A stretch of DNA of 64,000 nt from Tubiluchus corallicola (taxonomy: Eukaryota; Animalia; Priapulida). Positions 60,496 to 64,000 of the stretch are shown here, one piece after another (within the stretch, counting starts at the first letter, position 1; each line of letters opens with the position of its first letter). Under the pieces are notes generated by a model that searched no databases, was not told where the DNA came from, and worked only from the letters and a program-made list of their open reading frames with translations. The position numbers and the translations under genes were made by a program. Where the stretch lies: contig JAQGDQ010000022.1 of assembly GCA_030141605.1 (NCBI GenBank), positions 372,001-436,000 of the forward strand. Reading direction: 5' to 3'.

Positions 60496-61040
60496 CAGAC
60501 CGTTGAAAGTTTGAATTAGTTCCTAAGTTCACCGGAAGTTATTTTGCATCGAATTGGAGCAGCTTCAGTGCTGAAGGTAGACTTACGTGTCGCGCAAATA
60601 AAACGGAAGCTATAAAATTTGTTCGTAAACAAACCATTTGCGTTAAGTTCGGCGGCAACCGTGGAATTAAAGCACAATCAACCGACACGAGCTACAGCAG
60701 AAATCCATTTGGCAGAGCGCAGACTTCAGCCCAGAATTATATACAATTCGCAAGACCATTGGTTTCACCTCCGCTAGTTCTCAGATGAAGCCAGATTCCA
60801 ACCGACGAGCATGCACGCCAACGAAACAACGTGAACTATAAGTAACACCAAAATAAAACTGACCAACTAAAATAATCAGCTAAGGGGAAAACTTTGGTAG
60901 ACCCAAATTTGATGGTGCACGAGGCGCTTTTCGCATTTTTCTTGCTAAATCTTTCTAACATTTCGCGAACAGTGAAATAAGCCTAACTTTCCGGAAGCCT
61001 GCCTTTGCTGTGAGATGCGTTATTGCAGTCAGACGTACAA
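60496..61040 (-). promoter_or_regulatory. Candidate promoter and non-coding first exon (donor CTG|gtaagc at 60495)
   Basis: Locally CpG-richer; ETS-like CGGAAG cores near 60533, 60604 and 60992; good 5' splice site; no usable ORF. Linkage to the SLC26 gene is unproven. Confidence 0.3.
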
Positions 61041-62256
61041 AGGAGCTAATAATGGTAACTTGGCCGTTGATTTTTTTTAAACTTTAGTACCTACCAGGAG
61101 CATCCACGCTAATCTTCATTTTTCGAGCTTATTGTCCATTTAATACTTAGTCATTGTCTAACTTTGATCCTTGAAACATTTTATTTCAATTACGTAATTT
61201 TGGTACACGCAACTTTGGGTTACACTTCAATCATTAGTTTTTAAAATATAGGGTGGCGTAAAAACCCTATTAGAACAAGTACCCTGCAAAGTTGAAATTT
61301 TACAACGTGATATTACAATACATTACTTTTGGTTGTAAAAGCTACAAGTTTACAAGTTTTAGTAGTTTTTAAATTATGGCCGAAAAGTTTTGCACGTTTT
61401 AACGTTTTAAAAAAACTAAAGTGCTGGAACAATCATCAATTGAAAAACGGCACGTTATGGTATAAAGCACTCAATCCATGCCAGCAAAATAGCAAAGAAA
61501 TCAAATCAACAAGGTTACATCATGGTCTTCGCCACAAAAGATAAACCATTGATAAAGATTTGTTATCAACAAAGTGTAATTTCCTCTGGATTATGGTATT
61601 TGGAGTTCTCTATAGGATGAGAGCGTATAGGAGAGAAAGTATGGGATGATCGCACAGAGCCGTTTGCTACAAACGAACTTGCAGAAGTAGTTGTTGAGTG
61701 CTGGGACCAAATACCACTTAAAGAAATGAGGAACTGAAATTTTAAATTGTATGCATAAGAGAAATATGAATTATACGTAATCACCATTTAACCTTTACGT
61801 GTGAGCTTTTGATCTCAAATAAGTAGCAAATGTAAAACATTCTGTGACCTTTACCTTTGCCTATCTGATCTCATATATGTAGCGTTTCCATATTTCAGAC
61901 ATGCAGCATTTCCAAAGACACTTACACCATTGATTTCCTTCGACTTTTTATTCTGATGCATAGAAGTCCAAAGATACCCTGACCACTAACATTGGCCTTT
62001 TCGTCTCAAGTATATAACAATTCTGAGACAGTGGCATACTGGCGGTGACGGTGGCATCAAGTGATAGTAACGTTGGTAATGTTGGTGATGGTAATAGCGG
62101 CCATACTGGCAGCACTCCTATGTTAAAATGTCAACCGACGCGTCAACCACCAAAGTGCCGATCAACTGTATAAGCTCCTACAGGACCATCCACATATAAC
62201 GATATCAAGTTTAGGATAGGCAGATGGCAGAGGGCGTGATAACGCCTTTATAACGC

Positions 62257-62643
62257 AAGGTAGGTGATTTAGTCATGATATCGTTATCGTTCTTAGAGGA
62301 CGGAGAAATCACCAGGAGAACCTGCAGGCTTTGAAGCGTTTGTCATGCATCTCAAAAATCCAGGAAGACACACTTAAAGTGTTGTCGTTAACGTAAAAAG
62401 CGGCAGATTGCGCAAACGAACAACCAACTCATCCAGTACGTCTGGCAGCGACGTTGAAAAAGGAATGACTGGTTGTAATCGGCCGTGAGGAGGAGGACTC
62501 TGTAGAAAATGTCGATGTGAATGAGTTCAGTGAATCGGGGGTGCCACCGCCTCCACTGCCGATGCCAGTAAAAGCGATTGATGGTTTCCTATTAATTAAC
62601 ACAAGTGATGTTGTTGCCTGTCCTTGGGAGGAGGAAGAATAAA
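62257..62643 (+). mobile_element. Decayed BEL/Pao LTR-retrotransposon pol C-terminus (DUF5641-like region after integrase)
   Basis: Across stops and frameshifts: KVGDLVMI...EDGEITRRTCRL...PGRH..SVVVNVKSGRLRKR, resembling KVGDLVLI.ED..PR..W.L....PGRDG..R.V.V.T..G.L.R. Confidence 0.5.
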
Positions 62644-64000
62644 ATATACGAAATGCTACATCGGTGTGATATCGATATTAACATAAGGGGGAGGTAGGTG
62701 GAGGGGCATTAACCCCATTATAACGTAACGTAGGTAGGTCCTCGAAATCGTATGAAAAATAATATTGTTATAATTATGTGGGTGGCCCCGTACTGATGGT
62801 ACCCAGACCGCTTGGAACTCGTGGTCATCAGCAGTTATCATCTTTTGCACTTTAAGGTTAAATTCAATTCAAAATAGCAAAAAATATAAACAACTTACTT
62901 TTCATTTGTATAACTGCTTTTAGACATTATTCAAGGTCCAAATCTGCGAGAAATCTTGTCACAATAAAGTAGCCTTTCCGGAGTTTCTCCTTTGCAACGC
63001 TAGCTGCTTCTTGGCGATCTAATACTTTGGTCTGATACAAATTAAATATCTTGGCTGAACCGATCAGCAAGGTGTTGTAAGCAAACGGAAGCTCTCCTAA
63101 AGCAAATTTGCAAAATGAGGTAATACATGTCTCCGAGCTTTATCTGATCATGATTTATTTACTGTCCAGCAAAAGTAAACAGTTATTCAGGAAAGGATGT
63201 CATGATAGGCGTTTTTCGAACTAGTGCTGTTTTATGCTATTTATTAAGCACTGGAATACATCATAATTATGTTATCGTTGCGGAACTCAGACACTAGACG
63301 CTCCTGTACCTCCTCCGCATCAATGTATATTTGCCATCTTCAAGTCTTATTGACAGAAGTAGCAGTAAAATATTGCTTTGGTGTCCAAGTTCGAACGAAC
63401 GACTAGACAAGGTCGACGCTACATCATCATCATCATCATCACTACGTTATCATAACTCAATGTATGATCGTTATTCTTCTCTTTGTACTGAGTTACCATT
63501 TTCTTTCAATTTATACTGTGATTTGGAATTTATAGCAATTTAAAATTTACGTAGCCTGTACAATATGTTATGCTAAAGCTGTATAGATGACAGTTGTAAC
63601 AACAACGGCAGCGACGGTAGATGCGGTTATTATTAATTGTGACTGGGGCACTGATAAGTATTGCTGAATCAATGCCTGTTACCACAATAGTAGCATTGTT
63701 GCTGCTGTACTGTGCAATATCTCTGCAATTCTGCAATTCCCTATTTACATGGTGCATCCTAGGCATGCATCCAGGTGTGCGTTTTTCGTAGTAGAAACAT
63801 GAAACCAATATATTTTTAGATTGTCTATATATTACGATAATACTTTTGGTATGTTATTTAAACAAGTAATAAAGTATTTTTGTGAAACTTGTTATATTTA
63901 CACAAATTGTGAAACGCCAGTCAACCTCACAATGGCCAATCAGATGTTTTAGCTGGCTAACTGCTCCAGTGCTTCAAAAGTTACTCACAAAGAAGACGGT

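Overview
AT-rich eukaryotic DNA, probably an invertebrate metazoan (GT-AG introns, CR1/L2 LINE debris, MITEs, microsatellites). Two spliced protein-coding genes were assembled by hand on the minus strand, with all splice phases consistent. (1) A ~807-aa SH3D19-like adaptor (10 coding exons, 16124->7690) with PPxY and Pro-rich motifs, an unusual Gly-Ile-Asp 9/7-spaced repeat block and four C-terminal SH3 domains. (2) A ~803-aa SLC26/prestin-family anion transporter with a STAS domain (7 coding exons, 50681->32038) and a probable ~52-aa N-terminal extension. The rest is intronic or intergenic DNA full of decayed transposons: TTAA-flanked non-autonomous elements, foldback elements, CR1/L2 LINE fragments, a BEL/Pao remnant and 5S-derived SINE-like pieces. 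I found no clearly new multi-gene system. The best leads are the repeat block in the SH3 protein, two long hairpins whose only mismatches become G-U pairs on the minus strand, and splice-site arrangements that could toggle the SH3 cassette. All family assignments come from motif recognition, not database searches.
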